Shown here: piece after piece, positions 47,761 through 57,541 of the stretch
How the letters are laid out: every line of letters begins with the position of its first letter
Position numbering within the stretch: position 1 is the stretch's first letter
Source: Actinomycetota bacterium
GTDB taxonomy: Bacteria; Actinomycetota; Actinomycetes; Actinomycetales; Actinomycetaceae
DNA: 57,673 nucleotides
Assembly (NCBI GenBank): GCA_051744325.1
Contig: JBNJCY010000001.1
Coordinates: 1-57,673, forward strand
Direction of reading: 5' to 3'
The notes under the pieces: model-generated
Told to the model about the DNA's origin: nothing
The model's input: only the letters and a program-made list of their open reading frames with translations
Databases searched by the model: none
Program-made: the position numbers and the translations under genes

Positions 47761-47825
47761 CGCTCCAGACTAGGCTCCGGCGAAACCGCGGCACGGTGCG
47801 ACGGCGGATTGTTACCCTCACGAGG

Positions 47826-48668
47826 ATGAGCGACCTTCCCCCCAGTGTGTCCCTGTCCATCGGTGAAGGCGGACTCCCTGTCGTCGGGGTGTCCTCCGCC
47901 AAGGGCACCGCGACCGTGCACCTGAACGGCGCGAACGTCACCTCCTGGATCCCGGCGGGCCACGACCCCGTGTTGTGGCTCTCGCCCGGCTCCGACTTCA
48001 CCCCCGGCCGGCCCATCCGCGGCGGAATCCCGCTCTGCCTGCCCTGGTTCTCGAAGGGACCGGACGGGGACAAGGAGCCGATGCACGGTACCGCGCGGCT
48101 GGCCCGCTGGGAGTTGCGCGACGCCGTCGACGACGAGGGCACGGTCACGCTGAACCTCGCCCTCACCCAGCCTGGCTGGGAGGCCGCACTGGCCGTCACC
48201 GTGGGAGATGCGCTCGTCCTCGAACTGACCACCCGCAACACGGGGGAGACTGACCTCACCGTCGAGGAGGCGCTGCACACCTACTTCGCGGTCAAGGACG
48301 TGTCCGGCATCGAGGTGCGTGGCCTGGACGGAGCGCGCTACTTCGACAAGGTGATCGGGGTGCAGGCCACGCAAGAGGGGGACCTGGTCCTGGCCGACCG
48401 CACCGACCGCGTCTACGAGAACACGGGCCGGGTCGAGATCGTGGATCCGGGACTGGGCCGGACGATCTCGATCGCGAAGGAGGACTCCGCGAACACGGTC
48501 GTCTGGAACCCGTGGGCTGAGACCGTGAAGGGGTTGGCGGACGTGCCGGACGATGCCTGGCCGTCCTTCGTCTGCGTCGAGACCGCCAACGTGGGCTCCA
48601 ACGCCACAGTCCTCGCTCCCGGCGAGAGCCACGTGATCGCCACGGAGTACGTCGTCACCCTTCACTGA
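47826..48668 (+). CDS. D-hexose-6-phosphate mutarotase (aldose 1-epimerase family, YeaD-like)
   Basis: IRGGIPLCLPWF, HGTARLARWEL, EEALHTYF, VVWNPW. The start is at the internal ATG (MSDLPPS). Confidence 0.85.
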   Translation: MSDLPPSVSLSIGEGGLPVVGVSSAKGTATVHLNGANVTSWIPAGHDPVLWLSPGSDFTPGRPIRGGIPLCLPWFSKGPDGDKEPMHGTARLARWELRDAVDDEGTVTLNLALTQPGWEAALAVTVGDALVLELTTRNTGETDLTVEEALHTYFAVKDVSGIEVRGLDGARYFDKVIGVQATQEGDLVLADRTDRVYENTGRVEIVDPGLGRTISIAKEDSANTVVWNPWAETVKGLADVPDDAWPSFVCVETANVGSNATVLAPGESHVIATEYVVTLH

Positions 48669-48751
48669 GCGCGAACAGGGCCGCGGGGGGGCGGACCAGC
48701 GCCCGTTTTGACGACGCCGCGTCAGGTACGCTGAGCCCGACCGTCCGGCCG

Positions 48752-50509
48752 ATGTCCATCCGGAAAGGCACCTGCGTGCTCCTCAAGTTGTCCCTGCGCC
48801 ACCTGCGCCCGTACATGCGGTCGGTGTACGCGGTGATCGTGCTGCAGGTGCTGCAGACCATTGCCGCGCTGGCACTGCCCACCCTCAACGCCGACCTCAT
48901 CGACCGGGGAGTCGTGCAGGCCGACATCCCGTTCATCTGGAACACGGGCGCGGTCATGCTCGCCATCTCCGCCGTGCAGGTGTTGTGCGCGATCGGGGCG
49001 GCGTACCTCGGGGCGCGCACGGCGATGTCCGTGGGCCGCGACATCCGCCGGGAAGTCTTCGGCACGGTCCAGGGGTTCGGCTCGATCGAGCTCACCAGGT
49101 TCGGGCCACCTTCGCTGATCACGAGGTCGACCAACGACGTGCAGCAGATCCAGACCGTCCTCATGATCACGTTCACGATCATGGTCCAGGTGCCGATCAT
49201 GCTGTTCGGCGGGGTGTTCATGGCGATGCGGCAGGACGCGCAGCTCTCGTGGCTGCTCGTCGCGATCGTGCCGGTCCTCGCACTGGTGGTCGGACTCGCA
49301 ATGTTGCGCATGGGGCCGCTCTTCAAGCTGATGCAGGCGCGCATCGACGCGATCAACATGGTGCTGCGCGAGCAACTGGCTGGCGTGAGTGTGATCCGGG
49401 CCTTCGTCCGCCAGGACGCCGAGCGTGCCCGCTTCCACCGGGTCAACACCGACCTGTTCGACACCTCGCTCAAGGTCGGGCTCTGGATGGCCTTCCTCTT
49501 CCCCGCAGTGCAGGTGATCGTGTTCTCCGCCCAGGTCGGGGTGATCTGGTTCGGTGGCCTGCGGATCGACTCGGGCGGCATGGAGGTGGGCTCGCTCATC
49601 GCCTTCATCAACTACCTCATGCAGATCTTCATGTCCGTGATGATGGCGACGATGATGTTCATGATCGTGCCTCGCGGCGAGGTGTCCGCGGACCGCGTGC
49701 AGGAGGTGCTCGGCTCCGAGGTGGCAATCGCCAGTCCAACCCTGGCGGCGGCCCTCCCCGACGAGCCGCTCGAATTCGCGTTCCGGTCCGTGGCGTTCCG
49801 GTACCCGGGTGCCGAGCATGACGTCCTCACCGACATCACCGTCACCCTGAGGCGCGGCACCACCACCGCCGTCGTCGGGTCCACCGGTGCGGGCAAGACC
49901 ACGCTGGTGAACCTGCTGCCGCGGCTCATCGACCCGACGAACGGCACGGTCGAGGCCGGGGGGGTGCCCCTGAATGCCCTGGACCTCGGGGAGTTGCGCC
50001 GCCGCATCGCCCTCGTGCCCCAGCGGACCTTTCTGTTCTCGGGGACGATCGCGTCCAACCTGCGGCTCGGCAGGCCCGACGCCACCGAGGACGAGATGTG
50101 GGCCGCGCTGGACGCGGCCCAGGCGAGCGAGTTCGTCCGGCGGCTTCCGGAAGGGCTGGAAGCCCAGGTCGAACAGGGCGGCAAGAACTTCTCCGGGGGA
50201 CAGCGTCAGCGCCTGACGATCGCCCGGGCGCTGGTGCGGAAGGCGGACCTCACCGTGTTCGACGACTCCTTCTCCGCACTCGACTACTCCACCGACCTGC
50301 GGCTCCGCACCGCGCTCCGCACGGTCCTTGCGGACCGGGCGGTCCTGATCGTGGCGCAGCGCGTGGCGACCATCCGCGGCGCCGACGCGATCATGGTCCT
50401 CGACGACGGCCGCGTCGCCGCCGTCGGCACGCACGCCCAGCTGATGGAGTGTTGTGAAACGTACCGGGAGATCGTCCTCTCCCAGCTCTCCGCGGAGGAG
50501 GCGGCGTGA
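48752..50509 (+). CDS. ABC exporter, fused permease/ATPase (heterodimer subunit 1)
   Basis: Six N-terminal TM segments (type I exporter), GSTGAGKTT, FSGGQRQRLTIARAL, TVFDDSFSALD. The start may instead be the GTG at 48776 (VLLKLSLRHLRPY). Confidence 0.9.
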   Translation: MSIRKGTCVLLKLSLRHLRPYMRSVYAVIVLQVLQTIAALALPTLNADLIDRGVVQADIPFIWNTGAVMLAISAVQVLCAIGAAYLGARTAMSVGRDIRREVFGTVQGFGSIELTRFGPPSLITRSTNDVQQIQTVLMITFTIMVQVPIMLFGGVFMAMRQDAQLSWLLVAIVPVLALVVGLAMLRMGPLFKLMQARIDAINMVLREQLAGVSVIRAFVRQDAERARFHRVNTDLFDTSLKVGLWMAFLFPAVQVIVFSAQVGVIWFGGLRIDSGGMEVGSLIAFINYLMQIFMSVMMATMMFMIVPRGEVSADRVQEVLGSEVAIASPTLAAALPDEPLEFAFRSVAFRYPGAEHDVLTDITVTLRRGTTTAVVGSTGAGKTTLVNLLPRLIDPTNGTVEAGGVPLNALDLGELRRRIALVPQRTFLFSGTIASNLRLGRPDATEDEMWAALDAAQASEFVRRLPEGLEAQVEQGGKNFSGGQRQRLTIARALVRKADLTVFDDSFSALDYSTDLRLRTALRTVLADRAVLIVAQRVATIRGADAIMVLDDGRVAAVGTHAQLMECCETYREIVLSQLSAEEAA

Positions 50510-52443
50510 GCGGGCCACACGGGCCGCGCGGCGGACCCGGCGTCGGACCGGGCGGCCGGGTCGTCGACCCGACGCGGAAGGTGAAGGACTTCAGCGCCGT
50601 GTTCACCCGCCTGCTCGGCACCCTCCACCCCCAACGCTTCCGCCTGGCTGCCGTCGTGCTGGCCACGGGCCTCTCCGTGTTCCTCAACGTGCTCGGCCCG
50701 AAGGTCCTCGGGGACGCCACCAACGTCATCTTCGCCGGCGTCGTCGGACGGATGGTTCCCGCCGGCGTCACCAAGGAGGAGGCGGTGGCCGGACTCCGGG
50801 CGGCGGGGGATTCCGAGCTCGCCGACCTGATGTCCGCCGTCGACTTCGTTCCCGGTCAGGGCATCGACCTGGCGCTGCTCGGGCAGACCGTCCTCACCGT
50901 CCTTGGCCTGTACGTGGGTGCGGCGCTCGCGGCGCTGGTCGCCGCTCGCATCCTCACCCGGGTGGTCCAGGAGACGGGGTTCGCGCTGCGGCGCACGGTC
51001 CAGGAGAAGATCGACCGGCTGCCGCTGGGCTACCTCTCCGGGCATGCCCGCGGCGACGTCCTCTCCCGCGTCACCAACGACATCGACAACATCACGCAGA
51101 CGCTGCAGCAGACGCTGTCCCAGGTGGTCACCGCGGTCCTCACCGTTCTCGGCGTCCTGGGCATGATGGTCTGGCTCTCGTGGCAGCTCTCCCTCATCGC
51201 CCTCGTGGTGGTGCCACTCTCCGCGTACGTCACCGTGACCATCGCGAAGAGGGCGCAGCCCAACTTCGTGAAGCAGTGGAGGGCGACGGGCGACGTCGGC
51301 GGAGTCGTCGAGGAGGCCTTCACCGGTCACGAGGTGATCGCGGCCTTCGGCGGCGAGGCGCGGTTCGCAAGTGACTTCGCCACCTCGAACGATGAACTGT
51401 ACGACGCGTCGTGGCGCGCGCAGTTCATCTCCAGCACGATGATGCCCACGATGATGTTCCTGTCGAACATCTCCTACGTGGCCGTCGCCGTGGTCGGTGG
51501 CCTCAAGGTCCTGAACGGCACGATCACGCTCGGCGAGGTGCAGGCCTTCATCCAGTACTCGCGGCAGTTCAACCAGCCGCTCGCCCAGCTCGCATCGATG
51601 GCGAACCTGCTGCAGTCGGGCCTCGCGTCCGCCGAACGCGTGTTCGAGCTCCTCGACGAGGAGGAGGAGCGCCCCGACAAGGTCACCGACGCGCTGCCGG
51701 CCCAGGTGGGCGAGGTCGTGTTCGACGACGTCGGGTTCTCCTACGTGCCCGGCACCCCCGTCATCACCAATCTCTCGCTCCGCGCGGCACCCGGCCAGAC
51801 GGTCGCCATCGTCGGTCCCACCGGGGCCGGCAAGACCACGCTCGTGAACCTGCTGATGCGGTTCTACGAGGTGGACTCGGGCCGCATCCTCATCGACGGC
51901 GTGGACACCGCCGCCGTCTCCCGGGACGACGTCCGCTCCCGTATCGGCATGGTGCTGCAGGACACGTGGCTGCTCGAGGCCTCCATCGCGGACAACATCG
52001 CCTATGCCCGGCCAGAGGCCACCGAGGAGGAGATGCTGGCGGCCGCCGTGGCGACCAACGTGGACAGGCTGGTACGCACGCTGCCCGAAGGTTACGAGAC
52101 GGTGGTCACCGACGAGTCGATCTCCGCAGGCGAGAAGCAGCTCATCACCATCGCACGCGCGTTCCTCGCCGACCCGCAGATCCTCGTCCTGGATGAGGCG
52201 ACCTCTTCGGTGGACACCCGCACGGAGGTGCTCGTGCAGCACGCGATGCACGCTCTGCGCCAAGGGCGCACATCGTTCGTCATCGCGCACCGGCTCTCCA
52301 CGATCCGCGATGCCGACCTGATCGTCGTGATGGAGCACGGCGACGTGGTCGAGCAGGGCACCCACGAGTCGCTGATCGCGGCCGGCGGCGCCTATGCCCG
52401 GCTCTACCGGGCCCAGTTCGAGAGTGCGATGACAGAGGAGTGA
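50506..52443 (+). CDS. ABC exporter, fused permease/ATPase (heterodimer subunit 2)
   Basis: GTGA overlap with the previous gene. GPTGAGKTT, ISAGEKQLITIARAF, LVLDEATSSVD, IAHRLSTI. Confidence 0.9.
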   Translation: MSGPHGPRGGPGVGPGGRVVDPTRKVKDFSAVFTRLLGTLHPQRFRLAAVVLATGLSVFLNVLGPKVLGDATNVIFAGVVGRMVPAGVTKEEAVAGLRAAGDSELADLMSAVDFVPGQGIDLALLGQTVLTVLGLYVGAALAALVAARILTRVVQETGFALRRTVQEKIDRLPLGYLSGHARGDVLSRVTNDIDNITQTLQQTLSQVVTAVLTVLGVLGMMVWLSWQLSLIALVVVPLSAYVTVTIAKRAQPNFVKQWRATGDVGGVVEEAFTGHEVIAAFGGEARFASDFATSNDELYDASWRAQFISSTMMPTMMFLSNISYVAVAVVGGLKVLNGTITLGEVQAFIQYSRQFNQPLAQLASMANLLQSGLASAERVFELLDEEEERPDKVTDALPAQVGEVVFDDVGFSYVPGTPVITNLSLRAAPGQTVAIVGPTGAGKTTLVNLLMRFYEVDSGRILIDGVDTAAVSRDDVRSRIGMVLQDTWLLEASIADNIAYARPEATEEEMLAAAVATNVDRLVRTLPEGYETVVTDESISAGEKQLITIARAFLADPQILVLDEATSSVDTRTEVLVQHAMHALRQGRTSFVIAHRLSTIRDADLIVVMEHGDVVEQGTHESLIAAGGAYARLYRAQFESAMTEE

Positions 52444-52447
52444 GCGG

Positions 52448-54520
52448 TCAGTCCTCCGTCAGTCCCCGGCGGCGCAGCAGTGGGCCGATCTCGGCGTCGC
52501 GGCCGCGGAACGCCCTGAAGGACTCCAAGGGGTCACGCGAGTTGCCGCGGGAGAGGACCTCGTCGCGGAAGCGCTGCCCGGCCACCCTGTTCAGCCCGCC
52601 GTCCCCGTCGTTCGCGCCCTCGTCCTTGAACCACTCCACGGCATCGGCATCCAGGACCTCGGCCCACACGTAGGAGTAGTAGTTGGCGTCGTAGCCGCCG
52701 CCGAACGCGTGGTTGAAGTAGGTGGAACGGTACCGGGGTGGAACGAGGTCGTACGCCAGCCCGGCCGCCTCGAGCGCCGACTCCTCGAACCGGGCGACCG
52801 CGGCGACGTCGTCAGGCACCTCGTCCGGCAACAGGCGGTGCCATGCCTGGTCGAGGAGGGCGGCAGCGAGGTACTCGCTCGTGCGGAAGCCCTGACCATG
52901 GGAACCCATGGAGAGCAGCCTGTCCAGGAGCTCGTCCGGCAGGATCTCGCCGGTGCGGTGGTGGCGGGCGAAGTTCGCGACGACGGTGCGGTTCGCCATC
53001 CACATCTCGTTCACCTGGGAGGGGAACTCAACGAAGTCGCGCGGCACGTCGGTCCCTGACAGGGAGGGGTACGTCACGTCCGAGAGGAGCCCGTGGAGGG
53101 CGTGGCCGAACTCGTGGAAGCAGGTGGTGACCTCGTCCCAGGTGAGGAGGGTGGGCTCGCCGTCGGCCGGCTTCGTGATGTTCAGGGTGTTCATCACCAC
53201 AGGCGCCCGGCCGAGCAGGTGCGACTGGTCCACCAGGTTGTGCATCCACGCACCACCGCGCTTGCCCTTCCGCGCGTAGTGGTCGCCGAGGAACAGGGCG
53301 AGCGTGCTGCCGTCCTCCTCCTGCACCTCCCACACGCGGACGTCCGGCGAGAACGTGTGCAGGTCGGGCCGCTCGTGGAACGTGATGCCATACAGCTTCT
53401 CAGCTGCCCAGAAGACGCCGTCGGTGAGCACCGAGTCCAGCTCGAGGTAGGGGCGCAGCACGTCGTCGTCGACCGAGAAGCGCCGCTTGCGCAGCCGTTC
53501 GGAGGCGTACGCCCAGTCCGCCGCCGTGAACGGGCCGGTCTCCGCGGTGACCTCAGCCAGCTGCTCGCCCTCACGGCGGGCGTTGCGGGCCGCCGGCGGT
53601 GGGAGGGCGGCGAGTCGCTCGGCGACGGCCTCGGCGGACTTCGCCGTTCCCTCCTCGGCGACGGCGGCGGCGTGGGTCTCGTGGCCCAGCAGCCGGGCCC
53701 GCTCGGCGCGGAGCCGGGCGAGGGTGAGGATCAGCTCCCGCGTGTCCGAGGCGGGATCGTGGCCGTCACCGCGGGCGAGGGATGCGCGCATGAGCCGTTC
53801 CCGGGTGGCCGGGCTCTCCAGCCGGGGCACCAACGGCTGCTGCGTGGGGGAGAGGAGCGTGATGAGCCAGCCGTCGCGTCCGCGGTCCTGCGCTGCCTGC
53901 GCGAGAGCGTCGAGGGTCTCGGGATCGAGCCCCGTCAGGTCCTCGGCGTCGGTGAAGAGCTGCGCGGCCTCCTCGAGCGCCTTCGTGGCACGCTGCGAGA
54001 ACTCGGTCTCAGCGGCGGCGATGCGTTGGTTGAGTTCCTTCAGCGTCTCCTGGTCCTCATCGGCCAGGCCGATGCCGGCACGGCGGAAGTCCCGCAGGTA
54101 CTCCTCGAGCAGCCAAGCGGTCTCGGCGTCCAGGCCGAGCAGGTCCCTGCCACGCTCGAGGGACTCGAGCCGGCGGACGATGCCGGCATCGAGGTGCAGG
54201 GCGTCGGCGTGGGCGGAGAGCCTGGGCATGAACTCGGCCTCGAGGGCGTCCCACTCGACCCCGCCCACGGATTCCATGAGCGTGAACCCCACCGGCAGCA
54301 CCCGGGAGAGGAGCTGGCCGGAACGCTCCAGCGCCACCAGGGTGTTCTCGACCGTGGCGATCTCCTCGTCCGCTGCGATCGCGTCCCACTCGGCACGCTG
54401 CGCGGCGAGCCCGGCGTCCAACGCTTCTCGGACGGCCTCGGGGGTGGCGGCGGCGAAGTCGGGGAGTTCGAGGGGGAGCGAGGAGGGCGCAGCGAACGGG
54501 TTCGCAGGATTCAGTGACAT
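52448..54520 (-). CDS. dcp: M3-family peptidyl-dipeptidase (Dcp-like)
   Basis: HEFGHALHGLL is the zinc motif, with FVEFPSQVNEMW and YYSYVWAEVLDADA. The protein is about 690 aa from the internal ATG (MSLNPANPF). Confidence 0.9.
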   Translation of the reverse strand: MSLNPANPFAAPSSLPLELPDFAAATPEAVREALDAGLAAQRAEWDAIAADEEIATVENTLVALERSGQLLSRVLPVGFTLMESVGGVEWDALEAEFMPRLSAHADALHLDAGIVRRLESLERGRDLLGLDAETAWLLEEYLRDFRRAGIGLADEDQETLKELNQRIAAAETEFSQRATKALEEAAQLFTDAEDLTGLDPETLDALAQAAQDRGRDGWLITLLSPTQQPLVPRLESPATRERLMRASLARGDGHDPASDTRELILTLARLRAERARLLGHETHAAAVAEEGTAKSAEAVAERLAALPPPAARNARREGEQLAEVTAETGPFTAADWAYASERLRKRRFSVDDDVLRPYLELDSVLTDGVFWAAEKLYGITFHERPDLHTFSPDVRVWEVQEEDGSTLALFLGDHYARKGKRGGAWMHNLVDQSHLLGRAPVVMNTLNITKPADGEPTLLTWDEVTTCFHEFGHALHGLLSDVTYPSLSGTDVPRDFVEFPSQVNEMWMANRTVVANFARHHRTGEILPDELLDRLLSMGSHGQGFRTSEYLAAALLDQAWHRLLPDEVPDDVAAVARFEESALEAAGLAYDLVPPRYRSTYFNHAFGGGYDANYYSYVWAEVLDADAVEWFKDEGANDGDGGLNRVAGQRFRDEVLSRGNSRDPLESFRAFRGRDAEIGPLLRRRGLTED

Positions 54521-54611
54521 GGGTACCATTCTGCCGCGCCGACCGACACCGTGCGCGCCCGGCACGCGCACACGCTACCGGGACGGCCCGTGGTCGCGCC
54601 GCCGCGCTCGG

Positions 54612-55661
54612 TCAGTCCGCCGTGAGGCGGGTGGTGGCGAGGACCTCGGCGATCTTCGGCTCGAAGAACCCGGGGCCCTTCAGCACCTTGCCGTCCGCGC
54701 GGTGGATGGGCCTGCCGTTCTCGCCGAGCTTCGACATGTTCGAGCGCTGCACGGCGTGGAGGACGGCGTCCAACGGGATCCCGGTCTCCAGGGCCATGCC
54801 GTAGATGACATAGATGAGGTCCGCGAGGGCGTCGGCGGCGGCGACCGTGTCCCGGTGGTGCGTGTCGGAGGCCACGGCCTCGGTGACGGCCGCGAGGACG
54901 TGCTGCTCGGCGTCGTCGCCGTAGACGGCGCCCATGAGCTCGGCGAACTCCTCGGCGATGAGGGCCATGCGCATGTGCACCCGCTCGGTGTCGACGCTCG
55001 CCGGCCCGGTCGAGACCGGCAGGCCGAACGTGGCGTGGAACTGGCGGACGAGTGCCTCCGGATCCCGCGGGTCGGGGATCGCCGGATGGATCCCGTCCGG
55101 GCCGGTCCACGGCGCGGCAGGGCTGCGCAGGTCGGTGGCGAGCAGTGCGCCCACCCACAGGTCGCGCGAGGGGGCGTGAGGGTCGAGGTCGTGCGGCAGG
55201 GCGGCGCGGCGGAGGCCCTCCATGCGGAAGCCGTGCCGCCACACAGCCCTCCACGCGGGCCAGTTCCCGGCGTCGGCGGACCAGCGGACCCGGGTGAGTC
55301 CGAGGGTGTCGAAGGCGAAGTCGAGCGCGAGTCCCAGCGACTCGTGGAGGATGCCACGGCCGCGGAACGGTTCTGCCAGCCAGAAGCCGATGCCGCGGCT
55401 GGTGAACGAGCGGCCGATCAGGGTGAGGACGCCGGCGAGTTCGCCGTCGGCGCGGATGGTCCAGGCAGCGCCGTTGTCGTCCCAGAGGCGTGGGGCGTGC
55501 TCGATGACCCACCATCGGGCACTGTCCCTGGTGTACGGCGACGGGACGCTGGTCCAGCGGGCGATCTCGGGATCCTGGCACGCCACCGTGATCGCCGGGA
55601 CATCGGCGAGAGAGGGGATCGAGAGGGTGACTCGAGGGCCGCGCAGCTCGATGGGTTGCAT
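54612..55661 (-). CDS. Fusion protein: N-terminal RimJ/RimL-type GNAT acetyltransferase and C-terminal MazG-like all-alpha NTP pyrophosphohydrolase
   Basis: From the internal ATG at 55661. The GNAT core is GFWLAEPFRGRGILHESLGLALDFAFDTLGLTRVRWSADAGNWPAWRAVWRHGFRMEG. After a Pro-rich linker comes MRMALIAEEFAELMGAV...AADALADLIYVIYGMALETGIPLD...NMSKLGENGRPIHRADGKVLKGPGFFEP (EExxE and DxxD metal motifs). The listed longer ORF overlaps the tRNA gene. Confidence 0.75.
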   Translation of the reverse strand: MQPIELRGPRVTLSIPSLADVPAITVACQDPEIARWTSVPSPYTRDSARWWVIEHAPRLWDDNGAAWTIRADGELAGVLTLIGRSFTSRGIGFWLAEPFRGRGILHESLGLALDFAFDTLGLTRVRWSADAGNWPAWRAVWRHGFRMEGLRRAALPHDLDPHAPSRDLWVGALLATDLRSPAAPWTGPDGIHPAIPDPRDPEALVRQFHATFGLPVSTGPASVDTERVHMRMALIAEEFAELMGAVYGDDAEQHVLAAVTEAVASDTHHRDTVAAADALADLIYVIYGMALETGIPLDAVLHAVQRSNMSKLGENGRPIHRADGKVLKGPGFFEPKIAEVLATTRLTAD

Positions 55662-55781
55662 GGGGAGAAGCCTAACGCGGCCTGTGACGAGGGCCGCTCG
55701 CCAGCGATTTCGCCTGCGCCCCGAGGCCCGTGCTAGAGTCTTGTTCGCCTGATCACCGGCTCGCCGCGTGGGAGGGACCAC

Positions 55782-55867
55782 GCGCAAGTGGCGGAATAGG
55801 CAGACGCGCTAGCTTGAGGTGCTAGTGCCCGTATTAGGGCGTGGGGGTTCAAGTCCCCCCTTGCGCA
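55782..55867 (+). tRNA. tRNA-Leu (anticodon GAG), class II with a long variable arm; no encoded CCA
   Basis: Folded by hand. Acceptor stem GCGCAAG/CTTGCGC. D arm GCG-GAATAGGCAGA-CGC. Anticodon stem CTAGC/GCTAG with loop TTGAGGT. Variable arm of about 17 nt. T arm GGGGG-TTCAAGT-CCCCC. Discriminator A. Confidence 0.9.
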
Positions 55868-55876
55868 CATTTCGGG

Positions 55877-55895
55877 CCCCGGCCCACGGCCGGGG
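55877..55895 (+). terminator. Hairpin downstream of tRNA-Leu (CCCCGGCC-CAC-GGCCGGGG)
   Basis: 8-bp perfect G/C stem with a 3-nt loop, followed by tgttcgtcgtct. It starts 10 nt after the tRNA 3' end. Confidence 0.45.
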
Positions 55896-56006
55896 TGTTC
55901 GTCGTCTCCCGGTGGCAGAGCGCCTGACTCATTTCCCAACAGGCGCCGCCTCGCCCTCGGTACTGTGACACAATCCGCGGATCGGAAGCACGGGGAGGGA
56001 CAGCCG

Positions 56007-57455
56007 ATGACGGCAAACCAGGTCGGGTTCGCACTGCTGATCCTGGGGGCCTTCCTGCTGGTCGGCAAGATCGTCCGGGTGAGGGTCGGCTGGGTCCAGC
56101 GACTCTTCCTCCCCAGCTCCATCATCGGAGGGGCGCTGATCCTGCTGCTCGGCCCGCACGTGCTGGGCCAGCTGATCGGGGGTGGCTTCAGCGAGGCAGG
56201 GCTCTTCACGCCGTGGATGCGCGACACCTGGCGTGTCCTCCCGGGACTGCTGATCAGCGTGGTCTTCGCGACCATGTTCCTGGGCCAGGAGATGCCGTCG
56301 CCGAGGCGGGCCGTCACCCTGGTCGGCCCGCAACTCGCGCTCGGCGTTGCGTTGGGCTCCGGGCAGTACGTCGTGGGCCTGCTGCTCACCGCGCTCGTCC
56401 TCGTGCCGGTGTTCGCCGCGGAACCCATGGTGGGGGCGTTGATCGAGATCGGATTCGAGGGTGGTCACGGGACGGCAGCCGGGATGCGGCCCGTGTTCGA
56501 GAAGCTGGGCTTCGAGACCGGTGCCGACCTCGCGGTGGGGATCGCGACCGTCGGGATCGTGGGCGGAGTCGTGCTCGGCATCGTGCTCATCAACTGGGGC
56601 GTCCGGACCGGCCGGACCGAGATCCTCAGGGGCAACGTCGAGGCGTCGATCGAGGAGCAGCAGGGACTCTTCCGCCGGGACGAGTACTACCCCGCCGGCA
56701 CCATGACGAGCAGACCCGCCTCAGTCGAGCCGCTGTCGCTCCACATGGCGATGGTGGCGGTGGCCATCCTCATCGGGTGGGTCATCCTCGAGGCGCTGCG
56801 CTGGGTGGAGGCGCAGACCTACGCGTCGGTGATGCTCGACGACGAGACACCGCTCGAGATCTTCGCCTATGTCCCGCTCTTCCCCCTCGCCCTGCTCGGT
56901 GGGGTGATCCTGCAGGCCATCGCGACGGCGGTCGGAGTGGCCCACCTCATCGACCACCAGATGATGCTCCGCATCCAAGGATGGGCCCTGGACTTCCTCA
57001 TCATCGCGGCCATCGGAACCCTGTCGCTGGAGGCGATCGGGGAGAACCTGGGAACCTTCCTCATCCTGTCCGTCGCTGGTATTGCCTTCAACGTCGTGGT
57101 CTTTCTTCTCCTCGCCCCTCGCATCATCGGTCGGTACTGGTTCGAGCGAGGCATCGGGGATTTCGGCCAGTCGATGGGCGTGACGGCAACCGGGCTCATC
57201 CTCATGCGGATCACCGACCCCGAGGCGAAGAGCCCGGCGCTCGAGGCTTTCAGCTACAAGCAACTCCTGTTCGAGCCCTTCTTCGGTGGTGGCCTCGTCA
57301 CGGCGCTCTCCGTCCCGATCATCGCCCTGACGGGGCCGTGGCCGCTCTTCAGCGCGATGCTGGTCGTGTTCCTCGTGGCGACCGTCGGTGGGTTGCTCTA
57401 CTTCGGGCCGCGGGCACGCGTGGAGCGCCTGCCGGCCACCGTCGGTGCGGACTGA
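56007..57455 (+). CDS. gltS: Sodium/glutamate symporter GltS family
   Basis: FALLILGAFLLVGKIVRVRVGWVQRLFLPSSIIGGALILLLGP plus a polytopic repeat architecture typical of GltS. A GGGGAGGGA RBS lies about 6 nt upstream of the internal ATG at 56007. Confidence 0.85.
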   Translation: MTANQVGFALLILGAFLLVGKIVRVRVGWVQRLFLPSSIIGGALILLLGPHVLGQLIGGGFSEAGLFTPWMRDTWRVLPGLLISVVFATMFLGQEMPSPRRAVTLVGPQLALGVALGSGQYVVGLLLTALVLVPVFAAEPMVGALIEIGFEGGHGTAAGMRPVFEKLGFETGADLAVGIATVGIVGGVVLGIVLINWGVRTGRTEILRGNVEASIEEQQGLFRRDEYYPAGTMTSRPASVEPLSLHMAMVAVAILIGWVILEALRWVEAQTYASVMLDDETPLEIFAYVPLFPLALLGGVILQAIATAVGVAHLIDHQMMLRIQGWALDFLIIAAIGTLSLEAIGENLGTFLILSVAGIAFNVVVFLLLAPRIIGRYWFERGIGDFGQSMGVTATGLILMRITDPEAKSPALEAFSYKQLLFEPFFGGGLVTALSVPIIALTGPWPLFSAMLVVFLVATVGGLLYFGPRARVERLPATVGAD

Positions 57456-57541
57456 TCGGGCCACACTCGACGCCATGCGAGTCAGGCAGGCGTCCGTGAG
57501 ACATCCGTCACCGTGCGGTGCCGGCTCCAAGCGCGTGGGGG

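Noticed and set aside
47066-48280. The upstream 405 aa of the listed 869-aa ORF 45671..48280
   Set aside because: It runs through the HAD hydrolase gene in another frame and antisense to the mutarotase gene. Transporter-like sequence starts only near the ATG at 47065.
54612-55661. The GNAT domain as a toxin of a GNAT/RHH toxin-antitoxin pair
   Set aside because: There is no small antitoxin-like ORF adjacent. The GNAT is of the RimJ/RimL type and is fused to another enzyme domain rather than standing alone.
55662-55787. An N-terminal extension of the GNAT-MazG ORF that reaches into the tRNA-Leu gene
   Set aside because: It overlaps a well-folded tRNA on the opposite strand. GNAT homology starts at MQPIELRG.
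55782-56006. tRNA-Leu as a possible integration site for a genomic island
   Set aside because: There is no integrase, no direct repeat of the tRNA 3' end and no compositional shift. The flanking genes (GNAT-MazG, gltS) look native.
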